Of a stretch of 64,000 nucleotides of DNA, positions 1-13,794 are shown piece after piece. Source of the stretch: Cyanophora paradoxa CCMP329. Taxonomy: Eukaryota; Plantae; Glaucophyta. The position numbers and the translations under genes are program-made. How positions within the stretch are numbered: position 1 is the stretch's first letter; each line of letters opens with the position of its first letter. A model generated the notes under the pieces. That model was not told where the DNA came from. It saw only the letters and a list, made by a program, of their open reading frames with translations, and did not search any database. The stretch lies in the NCBI GenBank assembly GCA_004431415.1, contig QPMI01000281.1, positions 32,290-96,289 of the forward strand, written 5' to 3'.

Positions 1-1023
1 CGCCATCAAGAAGATGGAATTTGCCGTCATCGTCTACGTGGCCAAACACTACACGATCAACGTCTCCATCGATGCTGGCCATGCGACGACCCTTGTCGAT
101 CGCGCCATCGAAGCCACGGGGCAACCGCTTGTTGACATTGACGTAGTCCGCCCCCACCTCGTAGTTGACCATAGCGCCATCCCCACAATTCCGAACCTCG
201 ACCTTCAGCACGTCGGCGATCTCCTTGGCAAGTCGGGATATCTTAACGCCTCCGACGCCATTTGCGCAGTCGATCACAAGGCTGTTCTCCCAGTGATCTT
301 GGCTAGCGGATGGCCGCAGAGAGATGAGGCGCTTGAATGCCGACGCGAGCTTGGAATAATAGTCATCCTCGTTGAAGATCTTCCCACCGTTGAGGTTGGT
401 CTCTTGAACGATGAGGTGCAGCTGGGGGGTCGTGAGCTGCTCAAAGGACACAGCCTTGGCGGACGTGAGCTCTACGCCAGCACGGACGAGCTCGAGGAAG
501 TGAGCGCCCGTGGTGCGGTTGTCGCGAGCGAGAAAGACAGTAGAGGGGGCTAGAAGGTCGAGGTTCAGCTCGGCTGCGACACGCCGAAGCGTATCAGGTA
601 GCGCATCGTTCTCCGCGTTGCAGATCGCTGTGGCGACGCTCTCCCAGGACGACTCCAACATCTCGCCCGAAACGTCGATGAGCTTAGCTCCGTTGTCACC
701 TGTGGTGGGGTTCGAACGCAAGGCGCGTGGCACGGGTGGATCTGGAGCTCACATGCGGGGTTGTGCGAAGCAGTGATCATAACGCCAGTCACCTTGCCGC
801 CGCTCTTCTTCGACCGTCTACGGCACAGAAATGAAAGAGTTAGCGCAGAGCGCCCCGCGCGTGCCGAAGCGAGGGTTGCGCACAGAGCGGCAACGATGCC
901 AAGCCGGAACATGACGGGCTCCAGATCGTCGGCATGCCCGCGGAAGCCGATGGTTCCATAGCGGAACTGCTTGCCCTCAGGCTTCGGATACTTCTTCGCT
1001 GCTTCGAGAACCGCGTCCATCAT
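1..1023 (-). CDS. PGM3: Phosphoacetylglucosamine mutase, multi-exon, 3' end beyond window
   Basis: N-terminal YGTIGFRG, phosphoserine motif MITASHNP, and metal-binding SIDGDVDR / FHLLDG read on the minus strand near 1-80. Short GT-AG introns join the frames. Confidence 0.92.
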
Positions 1024-1663
1024 GCGCGCCAGCTGCTCCTCGTCTCCGGGGGTGCGTGCCGCGGTCGTGAGCGCGGCCGAAGGTGTCGGTTGGGATGCAG
1101 AGCTGGTCGCAAACTGCCGCGCCGCTACGTAACGCGCCGGCGCCGGGCGCGGGCTGCTGAATCCGAAGGATGCGGCCCGCTGCCTGCGCGCGCTGTCGGC
1201 ACCAGAGTTGAGGCCAGCCGCGGCGCGCGGCGCTTACCGGAAGAGCCGAGCGACGGCTGGCTGAGAGGACCTGCGCCCAAGCGCGCTCAGCGCGCAGCGA
1301 AGTGTGGAACGGTGCAGCGCCAGCCGCACCGGAGCGAGGATCGGATCACGTTGGACGGGGCTTCTTTGCGTGCTGCAACGGGATGCAGCAACGAGACGAA
1401 GGGCATCGAATCGAAAACCGGTTCCCGCCGCGTGAATCCGACGAACTGCCCCCCCTTTGCCTTCTTCCCCCCCTTCCCCCCCCCCCCCCCCCCCGCCTTT
1501 TGTATTTGGTCAATTGGAAGGCCTCTCCGGGTACGTAGTTCTGCAACGACCGGGCAGCAAATTCGAAATCGTTTCCCTGAAGCGCGGCCCCCGGCCCTCA
1601 CAGCGTCTAAATAGCATTCGTAGCGCCCGACGCCGGCTTCCAGTCCGGCCCCAAGGCACTCCT

Positions 1664-1721
1664 AGTTAGCTAAGCGCCACGGCCGCGGGGGCAGTTAGCT
1701 AAGCGCGACGGCCGCGGGGGC
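1664..1721. repeat. Tandem duplication of a 29-bp unit in the divergent promoter
   Basis: AGTTAGCTAAGCGC(C/G)ACGGCCGCGGGGGC at 1664-1692 and 1693-1721, ending 18 bp before ATG 1740. Confidence 0.9.
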
Positions 1722-1739
1722 AAACATTCGGCCGGCCAA

Positions 1740-4700
1740 ATGGATGGCTTCCGCACCCCAAAAGCGCCTGTTACGCCCTCCGCCGACCCCGGCACCGGCC
1801 GCACACCCGGCACGCTGAAGGATGTGGAGTCAGTGCGTCTGCCCCGCCCGCGGCATACTTTCAGCCGCATGCTGACCGTTATCCGCCAGGAGGTCGAGCG
1901 GCTCGGGAAGGTAGCTACACGCGCGCGCGCGCGTGTCAATCAGATTGCCGCAAACGCGCGCTGCTCGGCAGGAGAACTTCAACCTCAAGCTAAAGATATT
2001 CTTTCTTGAGGTTCGGTTCGCAAGCGCAGCTGGCATTTGTAAAATTCAGCGGACGTCGCGCAGGAGAAACTGTACAAGTCGCTTCCCGACAACTTCGAGC
2101 AAACGCTGCAGGAGGTGTGAAGCTCGCTCTGTATCTCCAAACGCCAGTCAACTCCTTCGCAGAACATCGAGCTAAAAATGGAGCTTGCGGGGAAGAAGCA
2201 GGAGCTCGACGAGAAAAACCAGCTGCTTGTTAAGGCGAGAAACGCAATCGAGTCTCTTCAAGCAGATCTCGAGCTGGCCCGAATGCAGCGTTTGACCGAA
2301 AAGCAAAGGCATTCCAAGGGCTGCCGTGCATTCTGCTTCCGTCTCTAATTTCACCTGCAGGTCGAAGTTGGAGGAGATGCCACGGACAATTTCAGGGCTC
2401 GAGATCAAAATTCGCTCTCTTGAAGAAGAGCTTGATCGTGCAAGGCGGTCTGCAACTGAAGCGACCGATGTGACAGCTAGTCAGGTAGCTGACATACAAA
2501 GGCAACTGAGCCGTGAGCAGGAGTCTGCTCGCTCTCTTGAGAAGGTCCAGTTCTTTTGTTATCCCCCTTGGCTGCCATGTGTTCATGTGCTGTTCATCAC
2601 AGGCTCTGCGATCTGCTGAAAAGGATATGGCGGAGCTCCGCCGTGAGAGAGAGGAGTCTCGCCTGGTTATTTCGCAGAAGGAGAGAGAAGTGTCAAATTT
2701 GCGTGAGCAGAAGCAGAGTCTGGAGGACGATTTGAATCGTGTTAGATCTGAAGCGAAGACGATGGCCTCACACCTTCAGAATGAAAAAGAGGTATCAAAA
2801 CATCGGCCTCCCATCTCAAGAGCTCTCTCTTATCTTGTCTTGTAGGAAGTGGCTCGGTTGCGAAATTCGCTTCAATCTGCAGAGATCTCAATGCGCGATG
2901 CTGCGAACGAGATCCAAAAAGCAGCTTTGGAGCGCACTTCATTGGAAACAAAGATGCAGACACTCTCGGATAAACTTGCAGCAGAGCAAGATGCCCGGCA
3001 ACGTGTCAGCCGTCAGACAGAGGAGCTCAAATCTCGTCTAACAGGTGAGGAGGATGAGACCAAACACCTGCAAGAACAACTCCAGGTGCACAATCCAACA
3101 TTCACCCAATGCCAGTTTCCTGATAAGCTTTCCAGCTCCAGAGTGAGCTCGTGGATCAGCTCCAGAAGCAGCTCTCTCAGAAGAGCAAACTACTTACACA
3201 ATCACTTGAGGCCTGCCGGGCCAGCGTATGTGCTTTCCACCTTTCTCCTTATCCATCACACTTACATATCAGCAGGAGGAGTCAAAGAAAACGGTACAAG
3301 ACAAGGCAATGACTCTTCACAAGCAGCTGCAAGATGTGGAGGCAGAGCTCAGGGCGTCAAAGATTCAGATGGATGCCCTTCAAACAGATTGGATTACCCG
3401 GGAACAGGTTCCCAATTGCTGGTGAGTGCGCATGGCCTGCTTTTCTTGACCGCAGAGTTGTGCAGGAACTTCGTCAGGGCCTGCTCAACAAGGAAGAAAC
3501 ACTGAACAAGGAATGGGTATCGAGACATGAGGTCAGTTCTCCGCTGTGTTCATCCTGTGGCTTGCACCTTGAAGGGGATGCAGGCATTGGAGTCGAAGTG
3601 GCAGGCTCGGCTTGAGCAACTTATGCAAGACTGGAGGGTTAGCTGCTCGTTGTTTGTCAATCCCCTTGCATGCTATTGCTCAATCAGTCGATGCAGCTCA
3701 AGGAGATGGAATGGAATACACGCCTTGGCAATCAGCAACGACTTTTACAAGTGTGGCCTTTGTTAGGCAAGCCATGCCCAATTGTGCATTCTGACGCGTT
3801 TTCTCGATCCAGGCATCACTTGCAGAGCAGGAGAACAGCCTACAGGCCCAGCTCATTGACGCACAGGCCCGAGAACAAGAGCAGGCAGCACGCATTCACC
3901 AGCTGCAGATGCAGCTGCAGAAAGCAGCTAGTGCAAATCTTGAAGCAGCAGACAAGGACACCACAGTATGCCTTCGACTGCTTGGCAAATTTTCAACAGC
4001 TATTTGACACAACTGCAGCTTGCGCTGAAGGAACAGGATATTCAGCGCCTGCTCTCCGAGAATGCTAGCCTGAATCGTAAGGTTTGCATTTCGATCAATA
4101 AACCCTCTTCGCTTTTTTTGCTGATATATCCCCAAGATCCAGCAGCAGACTCGCCTGGAGGACGAGGTTGAATCCACGCGAATGTTGAATGGAGAAATGC
4201 AGGCTCTCCGGGACAACCTTAGCAAACTACTTGCTGCTGTGTTCAACTCTGCACTTGTTTGCACATTTCTAGAGATTGACGAGAAAGCTTTCTAACATCT
4301 TGCACAGTCAAGTGAATCAAGCTCTCTTGAGAACATGAATTGGGCACGTATGAGTGTTGCAAACCTATCAAAAGAGGTCATCTTGTCTCCCTCATTTCTT
4401 GGTCGTTGTCTCTTCTGAAAGGGCCTGACTTGTCCTGTAAATCCAGGTGCAGCAGGCACTTGACTTCGTCAGGCGGCTACAGGAGCAACAGGCTGAAGGG
4501 CTTCGGAGGGCGACCAAGGCAGAAGACGAAGCACGCACATCTGCAAGGATAGCTGACACTCTGCGTGTACAGGTGTGCTGGTTTCTCTTTCCTTTATGAC
4601 AAAACAAACATTGCTACAGGCCATGCAGAGTGCGGAGCGTGAGAGGATTCTCAATGAGCAACTCGAGTCGTTGCAGGAGCAGCTTGCCACCGAGTCCAGG

Positions 4701-5324
4701 CTCCGTGCAAACATTTCACTCGCAACAAGCTTGGGTGGTCCAAACAAGACGTCTGCCCACGATGAGCATGTCACGGGTGAGAGTCAAACTCACAAGAACC
4801 TCGAGGAGAGCAATCGGCTGCTGCTTTCTGAACTTCAGCTGGCTCGTGAAAAGTACCACCGCTGGTCTGCCACTAGTGCAAGCGTCTTTCTCTCAATCTG
4901 AATACTTTGCAGTCGTGAAAAACTCTCATGCGAGAAGGAGGACCTTCTCAACCGTCTTCGCGAGAAAGAGGCACTGCTCTCGAAGCACCTAAGCTTGAAG
5001 CTGGGAAAGGTCTGCCAAATGCTTGTTCTGTGCAATGGAAGTAGTTGTTCAATTGATTGGCAGGAGTACGGGGTGGGTGTGTCTTCTGAGAAGCACGACT
5101 CTCCCGCTCTGGCATTGACAAAGCGCAAGAACAAGGTTGAAGTAGTGTTCTTACGTCAGGTATGTTGCAGTGTGCTCAAGTGTTCTGTCTGACAGCAATG
5201 CTTACCTCTTCTGATGCAGATTAATCCCTCACGAGAGGATATGATGAAAGCGAAGCAGCTCCTCGAGAAAACTGGCCACTCTGTCTCTCGAGAACTGTTG
5301 CGCAAGTCTTGTGAATACCCCTAG
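1740..5324 (+). CDS. Long coiled-coil protein of unknown function, many short introns
   Basis: Successive E/Q/K/R/L-rich heptad exons (e.g. LRNSLQSAEISMRDAANEIQKAALERTSLETKMQTLSDKL) bounded by GT/GC-AG sites. Last exon ...RELLRKSCEYP* ends at 5324. Confidence 0.7.
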
Positions 5325-5720
5325 TACTTCCTTCACATTTGTACCTGCATATCATTTTTCGTCAAACCCACAGAGGGGATTCAAGATAGGATGGGGTTGG
5401 ATTAGAGGAATTGGACTTTGAGGGGAGGACTTGTATTTTTAGGAGTTGACTTGGCAAAAAATAGTTGGTTTGGACTCTTATCAATGACGCTATGAAATCA
5501 GCTTCCTTCCCCTTCCCCTCTCTCGTCATCAGCTCTAGAGGCTTTGATTGAGATAATGATGTAGTTTGATCCAGTGATCTCGCAAGTTGCATTCCAGTTC
5601 GTTTCCAGAAAGCAATCAAAACATATTCCAGTTGTGAAATCATGGATGTGTGACGCCAGCCATCTTGATGAAATTCAGCAGCACAGAAACTCGGAATTCT
5701 AGCAAATTCATTGCAGAAAG

Positions 5721-6748
5721 CTACGCATCAGAGCTAGCCTGCGGCGCAGGCTCCTCTGCTCCTTCCGCTGGTACAGTTTCGAAACCGTCCTCAGTTGCAT
5801 ATAGAATCTTCGTCACCTTTTCCACAAGCTCAGGGTCCTTGGATTCTGATGTCTGGCACAGTATCTCGATGTCCCGAAGCTTCGAGAAGTAGAAATCCCG
5901 CTCTTTCTCCAGACCATCCACAGTCGTCTTGAGCTCACTCAACTGCTCCTCAAGCACACGTATTCTAGAGTCATCCGCCCCATCGCTTGGCTTGTCGGAA
6001 CCTGGCCGTGCCGCCTCTGCCGACTTCGTTGCTGCTGCGGGCTTCGCGGCTGTTGCAAAATCAAAAACTCTGCATTGAGGAATACCAACGTTCCAGATGT
6101 ACCTGCGGGCTTCGGCTTCACAACCCCCGAGGGCGCAGCTGCTGCCGGTTTTTTCTCCGCTGCCTTCCGTCGCTCTGCTGCGTTGTACTCGGTCGCTCCA
6201 TTGTGGTGTAGGTCGTAGTAGCGCTTCATCCACTATGCGCGACGTCCACCGTCAGGTCAGGTGTAATGCGAAACGAATAACGCGGCTTACCTGCAGAAAT
6301 TCGAGGTTGTCCTGGTATTTGCCCTTGATGAGCTTCTCCACTTCGATGTATTTCTCAATCTTCACACTATCGAATGCGCTTTGAAGCACTTTGTAGTTCT
6401 TGATGTACTCGTACTCCTGCTTTGCGGTGAAATTGACCTTGCTGAGGGCGACCTGCAGCGCGTTCGGCGCACTGACAACGTGGGAACTCTATGCGCATCT
6501 CGATGCAGCGCGCAGCACCTTGCCCGGGTAGAGCGCGTCCATAATCTGGCAGTAGATTGCGCCGCTGGCGCACTGCTCGATCTTGGTGTAGTTCGCCCCA
6601 AACGTCGTGTTCAACCAGGAGAGGAGCTCTGTACGGGGCACGAAGTACGCCTGATAGTGCTTCAGCCCACGCGGACGCAGCGGCATCGCCTGAGCGAAAA
6701 GCGCAACGCTCGCACCCCGTCCATCATGCCGAAGTCGCCCTTGGACAT
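5721..6748 (-). CDS. EB1: Microtubule plus-end binding protein EB1 (CH + EBH domains)
   Basis: [11 protein letters not shown]|[76 protein letters not shown]. Confidence 0.96.
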
Positions 6749-6987
6749 CGCTGCGCGGGCTTCCAAGCACGCTGCTGACTCGGAAGGTCTGAGGCCGCGG
6801 CCGGAAGGCTGTGCAGAACGACGTTCAAAAAGCTTGTGACGTTCAGTTTTTTTCAAAGCTTGAGCTACAGCGTACCCCGATCGGCAGAGCGAGTCTGAGC
6901 GACGATTGCCAGCACGCTCAGCGCAGCAGTGCCAGCAACGAATAGCTTTCATTCGACCGCCCGCGTGCGGGGGGGCTCGCCGCCGCC

Positions 6988-9900
6988 ATGGAAAGCAACC
7001 TGGACCTTCTGTACGAGGAGGCCATTATTCGGAACCCGCTTAGCTATAAGCAGGTGCCCTGTCGCGCGGGCCTCGCTTCCCCGGCCTGCCGCGTGGGGGC
7101 GCGCTCTCGCACCGCTCAACTATGTCGCAGTGGGTCGCGTATGTGGAGACGAAGCGGAATGCGCATCCCCGCGAGCGTAACACGCTGTTCGAACGGGGTT
7201 TGAAGAAGGTGCCGCGTCCCGCCGACGCGCGCCCTCGCCTTCCAACTCATCCCCGATGGCCCCAGATTCCGATGAGCTACAAGTTCTGGCGGTATTACCT
7301 GAAGGATCGGAAGGACCAGATCAAAGCGCTCCCGATCTCGCACCCGGCGTACGAGACCGTCAACAATGTCTACGAGCGCTGCCTCGTTTTCATGCACAAG
7401 GTGCAGCCCGCGGTCCGCCTTGCGTTGCGTTCTTCCGGCCTGACCGCGCTTTCTCGAAGATGCCGCGCATCTGGATGGAGTATCTGCAGTTCCTCATGGA
7501 TCAGAAGCGCATAACGAAGACACGCCGCACATTCGATCGGGCGCTCCGGGCTTTGCCCATCACGCAGCACGACAAAATCTGGCCCATGTACATCAAATTC
7601 GCTCGCACGTGTGGGTGCCCTGATACTGCGATCCGGATCTACCGCCGGTACATAAAGGTCCGTGGCTTCCCCGGCCCCTCCCTGATTCGTGCATTGACCA
7701 CGCCCCATTCAGCTGGAGCCAGAGCAAATTGAGGAGTTCATCGAGCACCTGCTGAGCGTTGAACGCTATGACGAGGCTGCGAAGCATCTGACTGAGGTGT
7801 TTTGAAATTCTAGTGTGGGCGACGTGTTGGTCTGACCCGATTCCGCAGTGCGTAAACGACGATCGCTTCATCTCCTCCAAAGGCAAGACAAAGCACATGA
7901 TGTGGTCCGAGCTGTGCGAGCTGCTGGCAAAGCACCCCGATAAGATCAAATCGGTCAAAGTAAGTCCGTTCTTGCATTTACTGTGGGGCTTCACTTGACA
8001 CGAATTGATTGCAGGCGGATCTCATCATCAGAAGTGGGGCCATGCGCTTTACGGATGAGGTCGGAAAGATGTGGTCCTCGCTTGCGGATTACTACATTCA
8101 ACTTGGCCACTTTGATAAAGTTTGCGGATTTTTCTGTCGGCATCTCGTTTTTGATAATCTTAATCTGTTCAGGCACGGGACGTTTACGAGGAAGCAATCA
8201 CAACTGTGACGACTGTCAGAGATTTCTCGATTTTGTTCGATGCTTATTCGCAATTCGAAGAGTCTCTCATCGCTGCCAAGATGGAGGGACCTGGTGCTCA
8301 TGCTGACTGTCCTCTATGCCTTGTAGCTCCAGCTCACTTCCAGTTCAGCCTCAGAACCAGGGCAGGAGGACGACATGGACCTGCATCTCGCAAGACTCGA
8401 ATACGTGAGTGCTCTTTGGAGTTTTTTGAATCATAGTCGCTCACAATCTTGTAGCTCATGGAGCGGAGGCCTCTTCTTCTCAGCTCTGTCCTCCTCCGAC
8501 AGAACCCCCATAATGTACACGAGTGGCTCAAGCGCGCCCGTATTTTCAAGGCGGATCCAGTGAAGGCAAGATCTTTCCATTGTAGTGTGCATCTCTTTCG
8601 CCTGTAGTAATTGAACATATTGTATTGCAGACAATCCAGATCTACTCGGAAGCCTGCAAGACTGTGGACCCTCAGAAGGCTACCGGAAAGCCACAAGCAT
8701 TGTGGATCACGTTTGCAAAGGTACAGTCGTCTCTTTGTGTTTTGCAGATCGGTTGCGACTTACAAATGCAGTTCTACGAGGAGCACGAGGATCTGGATAA
8801 TGCACGTCTGGTTTTCGAGAAGGCCACAGAGGTCTGATTTCCTTGTTGAATTCTTAACGTTTGCAAGCCTCGTCTCAGGTGAAATTCAAGGGGATTGACG
8901 AGCTTGCGAGCATTTGGTGTGAATACGCCGAATTTGAACTCCGGCACAAGTGAGCAGCATTCGCTGTGCTCCGCTGCCTTGTGTCTTACGCCGCCATAGA
9001 AATTTCAGCAAAGCGCTGGAGCTCTGCAGACGGGCCACTATGCCTCCGTTCCGCAAACGGCTCGCAAGAGGAGCTCCTGATGAAAAGCCACTGGTGCGAT
9101 GGGCCAGCGTGATGGTTGGGTCCGGGGAGATGGTGTGATAGTCTGCCCAAACACCGCTGACACTCTGCTGCGTAGGAACTCACTGTACAGGAGCGTGTGT
9201 ACCGTTCGACGCGCCTGTGGAGCTTCTACGTGGATCTTGAGGAGTCGCTCGGTTTGCCTTTGGTCCCTCTTGAACTGTTTGTCATCTTTTAATGAGCTCT
9301 TGATCACCCAGGTTCTTTTACGTCCACGCGTGCAGTGTACGACAAAATTCTTGAGCTCCGTATTGCGACTCCTCAGGTGCGTGTTCCAGAATTGATTCCA
9401 ATCCATTCCAATTGAAGCTTTGTTCGCAGATTATCATCAATTATGCGCACTTTTTGGAGGAGCACAAATATTTCGAGGACTCTTTCAAGGCGAGAATTCG
9501 TTCAGAGATGCAATTTTTCGCAATCGTGATTTCGCTCAACAGGTCTACGAGCAAGGCATCGCTCTTTTCCCCTTCCCGCATGCTCTAGACATCTGGATAA
9601 CATACATCAACAAATTCATTGCACGGTATGGAGGCAAGAAACTGGAGCGTGCACGGGACCTCTTCGAACAGGCTATCGAAAAGTGCCCTGTCGACAAGGC
9701 CAAGGTGGCTTCGCTCATATTAAATCAGCTACACGCAGTCTGCTTATCACCCAGCTCAGGTTCTTTACCTTATGTATGCAAAGCTGGAGGAGGATTATGG
9801 CCTCGCACGCCACGCCATGGCTGTCTATGATCGGGCATGCAATGCTCTTGCAGCAGAGGCCAAGTATGAGGTCAGTACCGCCAGTTTGCATCGCTTAGTT

Positions 9901-10996
9901 CATCCTGGCTTCCACTTGATACTCTCCTTGGCAAACAGATGTACCTCACATACATCGCACGGGCGGCTGATCTCTTTGGAGTGGCCAAGACTCGCGAGAT
10001 ATATGAGCAGGCAATTGAAAAGCTCCCCGAGAAGCACATCAAGGATATGTGCCTGCGGTGAGGACATCTCCTGCTCATCCTTATCTTAGAGAATTCGCTG
10101 AGGTTTTCTTGCAGGTATGCCGATCTCGAGCGCAAGCTGGGTGAGGTCGATCGTGCTCGTGGTATTTACATCCATTGTGCCCAGTACTGTGATCCTCGTG
10201 TAAGTGCTTTTCCATTCAAGTGCTCTCATTTTCCCACTCTCTTTAAATCCGCCCAGACGGAGGAGGCATTTTGGAAAGTATGGCACGACTTCGAGGTGTG
10301 AGCCTGCACTTAGCTGCCCTATGTTGCATTTGACGATTTCGAACTAGGTTGCACATGGCAACGAGGACACTTTCCGGGACATGCTCCGCATCAAGCGCTC
10401 TGTTCAGGCGACATACACACAGGTGCGTTTGTCATTCAAGTCACACGATCATTTTTTAATGTATCCACATTAGGTCAGTTTCACCTCGATGGAAATGCTG
10501 GCTGCCACACGGGCGGTGAGGATTTAACTCGTCTGATTTATGTGCTAAAACAGAGCACTCAGCTTCCCTGTTTCCGTGCAGCACGACGAAGAGAACATTG
10601 CCAAACGGCGGAAAATCGACGAGGGTGGGGATGGCGATCTCGCAAAGCTGGAGCGGTCCATCCTCGGCGACAAACCAACTGAGACTCCACGCCTTGGAGC
10701 GGCGCCTGGGCGTCCCGCTCCCCAACAGCGGGAAGCAGAGGAAGTCGAAAGGGAGCCCATGGATGTTGATGGTACTGGAGAAGATGCGGACGATGATAAT
10801 GACGAGGATGGGCCGGGTTCGCCTTCACCTATTTCTTTTGTGCTACGCAGTACTTATTATGCGGGCAGCGGTGCGGGTGGAGCAGAAGGCGGTGCCCAAG
10901 GCCGTTTTTGGCGATCTGGCGGCGCTGGCAGAGAAGCAAGGGACCGATGCCCCGCTGGGTGCCCTTGCCAGGCTGCGTGGGGCAAAGCGAGACTAG
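6988..10996 (+). CDS. SYF1: Pre-mRNA splicing factor SYF1/XAB2 (HAT repeats)
   Basis: MESNLDLLYEEAIIRNP, MHKMPRIW..TKTRRTFDRALRALPITQHDKIW, RQNPHNVHEW, YGGKKLERARDLFEQA, HGNEDTFRDMLRIKRSVQA, C-terminal EQKAVPKAVFG..GALARLRG. Confidence 0.96.
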
Positions 10997-11985
10997 CAGA
11001 ACATGGCTTTTTTTGCAACGTGAAAAAACATCTCTCTGTGATCCAGAAGTGCAAGAGAAGCCACAGGGAATGCGGCTGGGACTGCGTTTGATGTGACGCA
11101 CAATGTTTTTCTAGCGGCTAGCACAGTGGATCACGTAAATCTACACCGGGTAACAATTGAGTAGGATGCTATCGGAATGGATCCGGAAAGGAGCCCTGAG
11201 GGGCTGACAATGAACTTCGGAACATTAACCCCGCTTTAAATTTGTTGGTGATGGTGTGTTTCCCTCTCTCCAGTCTTTTCCGAGGCTTCCAGTGTGCTCG
11301 CGGAGTCGCCCGGCCCTGAGCTCCTTCCACTCACTGTCACAGTGTGCATGTTTTTGAGCGGCTCACCAAAGTGAGCTAGCGCTAGCGCTGCACTGTGCGC
11401 CTGCATTTCTTGCAATTCAAGATCAGTTGAATTCGAACCGTTGAACTTGCATTTATATCAATACTCCCACATATGTACAGGCGTTATTGATGACGCTATC
11501 TATGCTCCTTCATCGGATGCTCCTTGCCCTTGCGGTACTCAGTAGTACTTTCCCCCACTCATACGTCACCCCCACGAGTTGGTTCCGACCTCGTCATGCC
11601 AGGCCTAGGCATTTGCCGCGCCAGTGTACATGTAAAGATCGGGAGTGACTTTTCCCCCTTCCATGAGATGCTGGCAACGGTCTTAAAAGCTTGTAGCTAG
11701 ATTAGAATTGGGCCCCATTCAATCGTAAGCAATTCTCAGACCAAACTCCGAGCCTCAGAGAGCTCGAGGATCGTGGGCCCCGACTCCCCGATCCTGCAGG
11801 AATTCCCGCCACCGCCAAAGATGCGATCATCCACCGTGCGGGCACTATAGCTAGTGTTTGAGGGGAGGCGCATTACTTCCAAGAGGGCCACCCAGCGGCC
11901 GCCCAGCTTGGTGGGCTGGGCATGCGGCACACTGCGATTTCGCAATTCAAGCCCGAGCGTTGTGATTTCGATTCGTGTCCAAATG

Positions 11986-13161
11986 CTATTCTGCAAATGC
12001 ATCGTCTTCCGGCTCTTCTTCAGCAGCCATCTGGCCCAAGCGCTCGGCACGCCGTTTGGCCGATTTGTCCCGGTTCTCAAACTTCGACCCCTTCTGCCGC
12101 TTCATGGCTGCTCGGATCTGCACGAAAAATCGGTTAGGCTCTACACGAGAAACACAAACACTGGGCACAGACAGCTGCAATCACCTCATTAGGGCTGACG
12201 AAGTGTGGGTTGTGCCTGTGTATGCAGAGATTAGAGAGTGCAGTCTGTGCTTTTGAAGACTACCACGAACCACAACACGGGGCCCCCAAAGCTCCCACTG
12301 ATGACCACGATGGGATTCAGGACAAGGCGTGGCCCGATCTCGACCAGGGTGGGCTCCGCCTTCTTGTCCTTCTCATCCCCCAGGCTGATCTATTGCGTAT
12401 CTCAGAGATTTTCAAATGCTCGGACAGTTTAGTCTAGAAAAGCGCAAACCTGGTAGTTTCTGAACCAGATATGATTGTCGACAATGGAGAACGACAACAC
12501 GTGGTCGATGAACGGCTTGCTCTTCTTGTGCTGACGGGGCGTCGCAAAGGTCTGCGCGGATCTGCGTCATAAACTGGTTCAATCGCAAAAAAAGACTAGC
12601 AATGACCTGGCTAAACATCTCCTTCAGCAGCTGCCAATTTGGGGCACTGTCGAAATTTGCGTCGAAAACGAGCACGGGCCGGGAACCCAGCAGGCAGTTT
12701 CCCGTCAGCTTCAGCTCATCCATAGTGTGTACTACGACATCGAACGGATAAGGCAGAAGCTCGAGCACATCACTCCGGCCACGCACTGTTCAGGACCTGG
12801 AACTTCGCCGACGGCCCCTGCGGTGACCGAGCCAGCCACAGGTACAGGTCGGCCTTCTTGCGCGCCTCGAAGTACATCACAGTGTTGCAGCCTTTGAGGT
12901 CGCAGATCTCGTTCAGCACGGAGAGTTGGTCCTTCGAGTCGAGCTTCGCGTCTTTCTTGCTGCAGTGCTCGATCTCAGTACGCAAGCATGAGAAGCAGGC
13001 GTGGGCTCGAACCTATGAGGAAGAAGCCGCTGCAGGTCCTCCAGCAGGTGCCGGTGCCGGTGCAGGAGACCCCGGCTCGAGACGAGGAGAACGCGCTGCT
13101 TGGGGAGCTTCTTGCGGGTTGCGCTCGGCCCTGCTTCCTGCATCTCATCTTCGGAAGACAT
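11986..13161 (-). CDS. BRX1: Ribosome biogenesis Brix-domain protein BRX1
   Basis: KQRVLLVSSRG..RHRHLLEDL, FEARKKADLYLWLARSPQGPSAKF, HTMDELKLTGNCLLGSRP, KSKPFIDHV, IWFRNYQ, LVEIGPR. Confidence 0.95.
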
Positions 13162-13660
13162 CTTGATGATCGATCGCGCGAGGCTAGCTAGCGCTGCCGT
13201 GCGGTCAGTCGGCGATCCTGCTTGTTCCGAAGCAGGACTTTGATTGCAGCGGATTCGCTGCAGCCGCGCGCGTCGCAAGACGCGACGCCGGCTGGTAGTC
13301 GCGAAGTCAGCCCGGCGCTCGATCCACGCGGCTTCGGGCTGTTGCTTCGCTGTAGGTTGCGGCTGCAGGCCTGCTGCACTGCTTAGGGGGCGCTGACTAA
13401 CTGTCTGGCTCAGACTGGCTGGAGTCAGTGGGTACGGCGTTAAAACGGTGTTTGCTTGCCCACAGATCAGGCTACAGATCAGCCGAATTCGATCGGCGCT
13501 GTAGCCGGCCAGAAGTCGGATAATGCTAGCTACAAGCTCGAGATAGGTTGGCTGGAAGAGCACGCTGGCCGGGGAGCTGGCCCTTTGCAGCTGGGCCCGG
13601 CGCGCTACTAGGCTATTCGCGCCCCTGCAGCACGGCCTGCGTCAAGCAGAGATGGCAAGT

Positions 13661-13794
13661 CACATAAGCTGTAAGCTATGGTGTTGAAGTTCCTGCGTTC
13701 ATTAGGTCAGCCCAGCCCGGAGTCTCTGCATCGAAGCCACATAAGCTGTAAGCTATGGTGTTGAAGTTCCTGCGCTCGATAGGTCAGCCCAGCC
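13661..13794. repeat. Direct repeat (~57-bp unit, 77-bp period) duplicating the start-codon region
   Basis: CACATAAGCTGTAAGCTATGGTGTTGAAGTTCCTGCG..TAGGTCAGCCCAGCC at 13661-13717 and 13738-13794. Confidence 0.9.

Noticed and set aside
14-553. 179-aa plus-strand ORF
   Set aside because: Antisense shadow of a PGM3 exon.
5721-5760. EB1 lacks the C-terminal EEY/F tail
   Set aside because: The tail is absent in many non-animal EB1 proteins, so this is not unusual.
13661-13794. Repeat-spacer-repeat patterns here and at 16335-16372, 19254-19302, 55480-55559 as possible CRISPR
   Set aside because: Only 2-3 units, no unique regular spacers, eukaryotic context and no cas genes.
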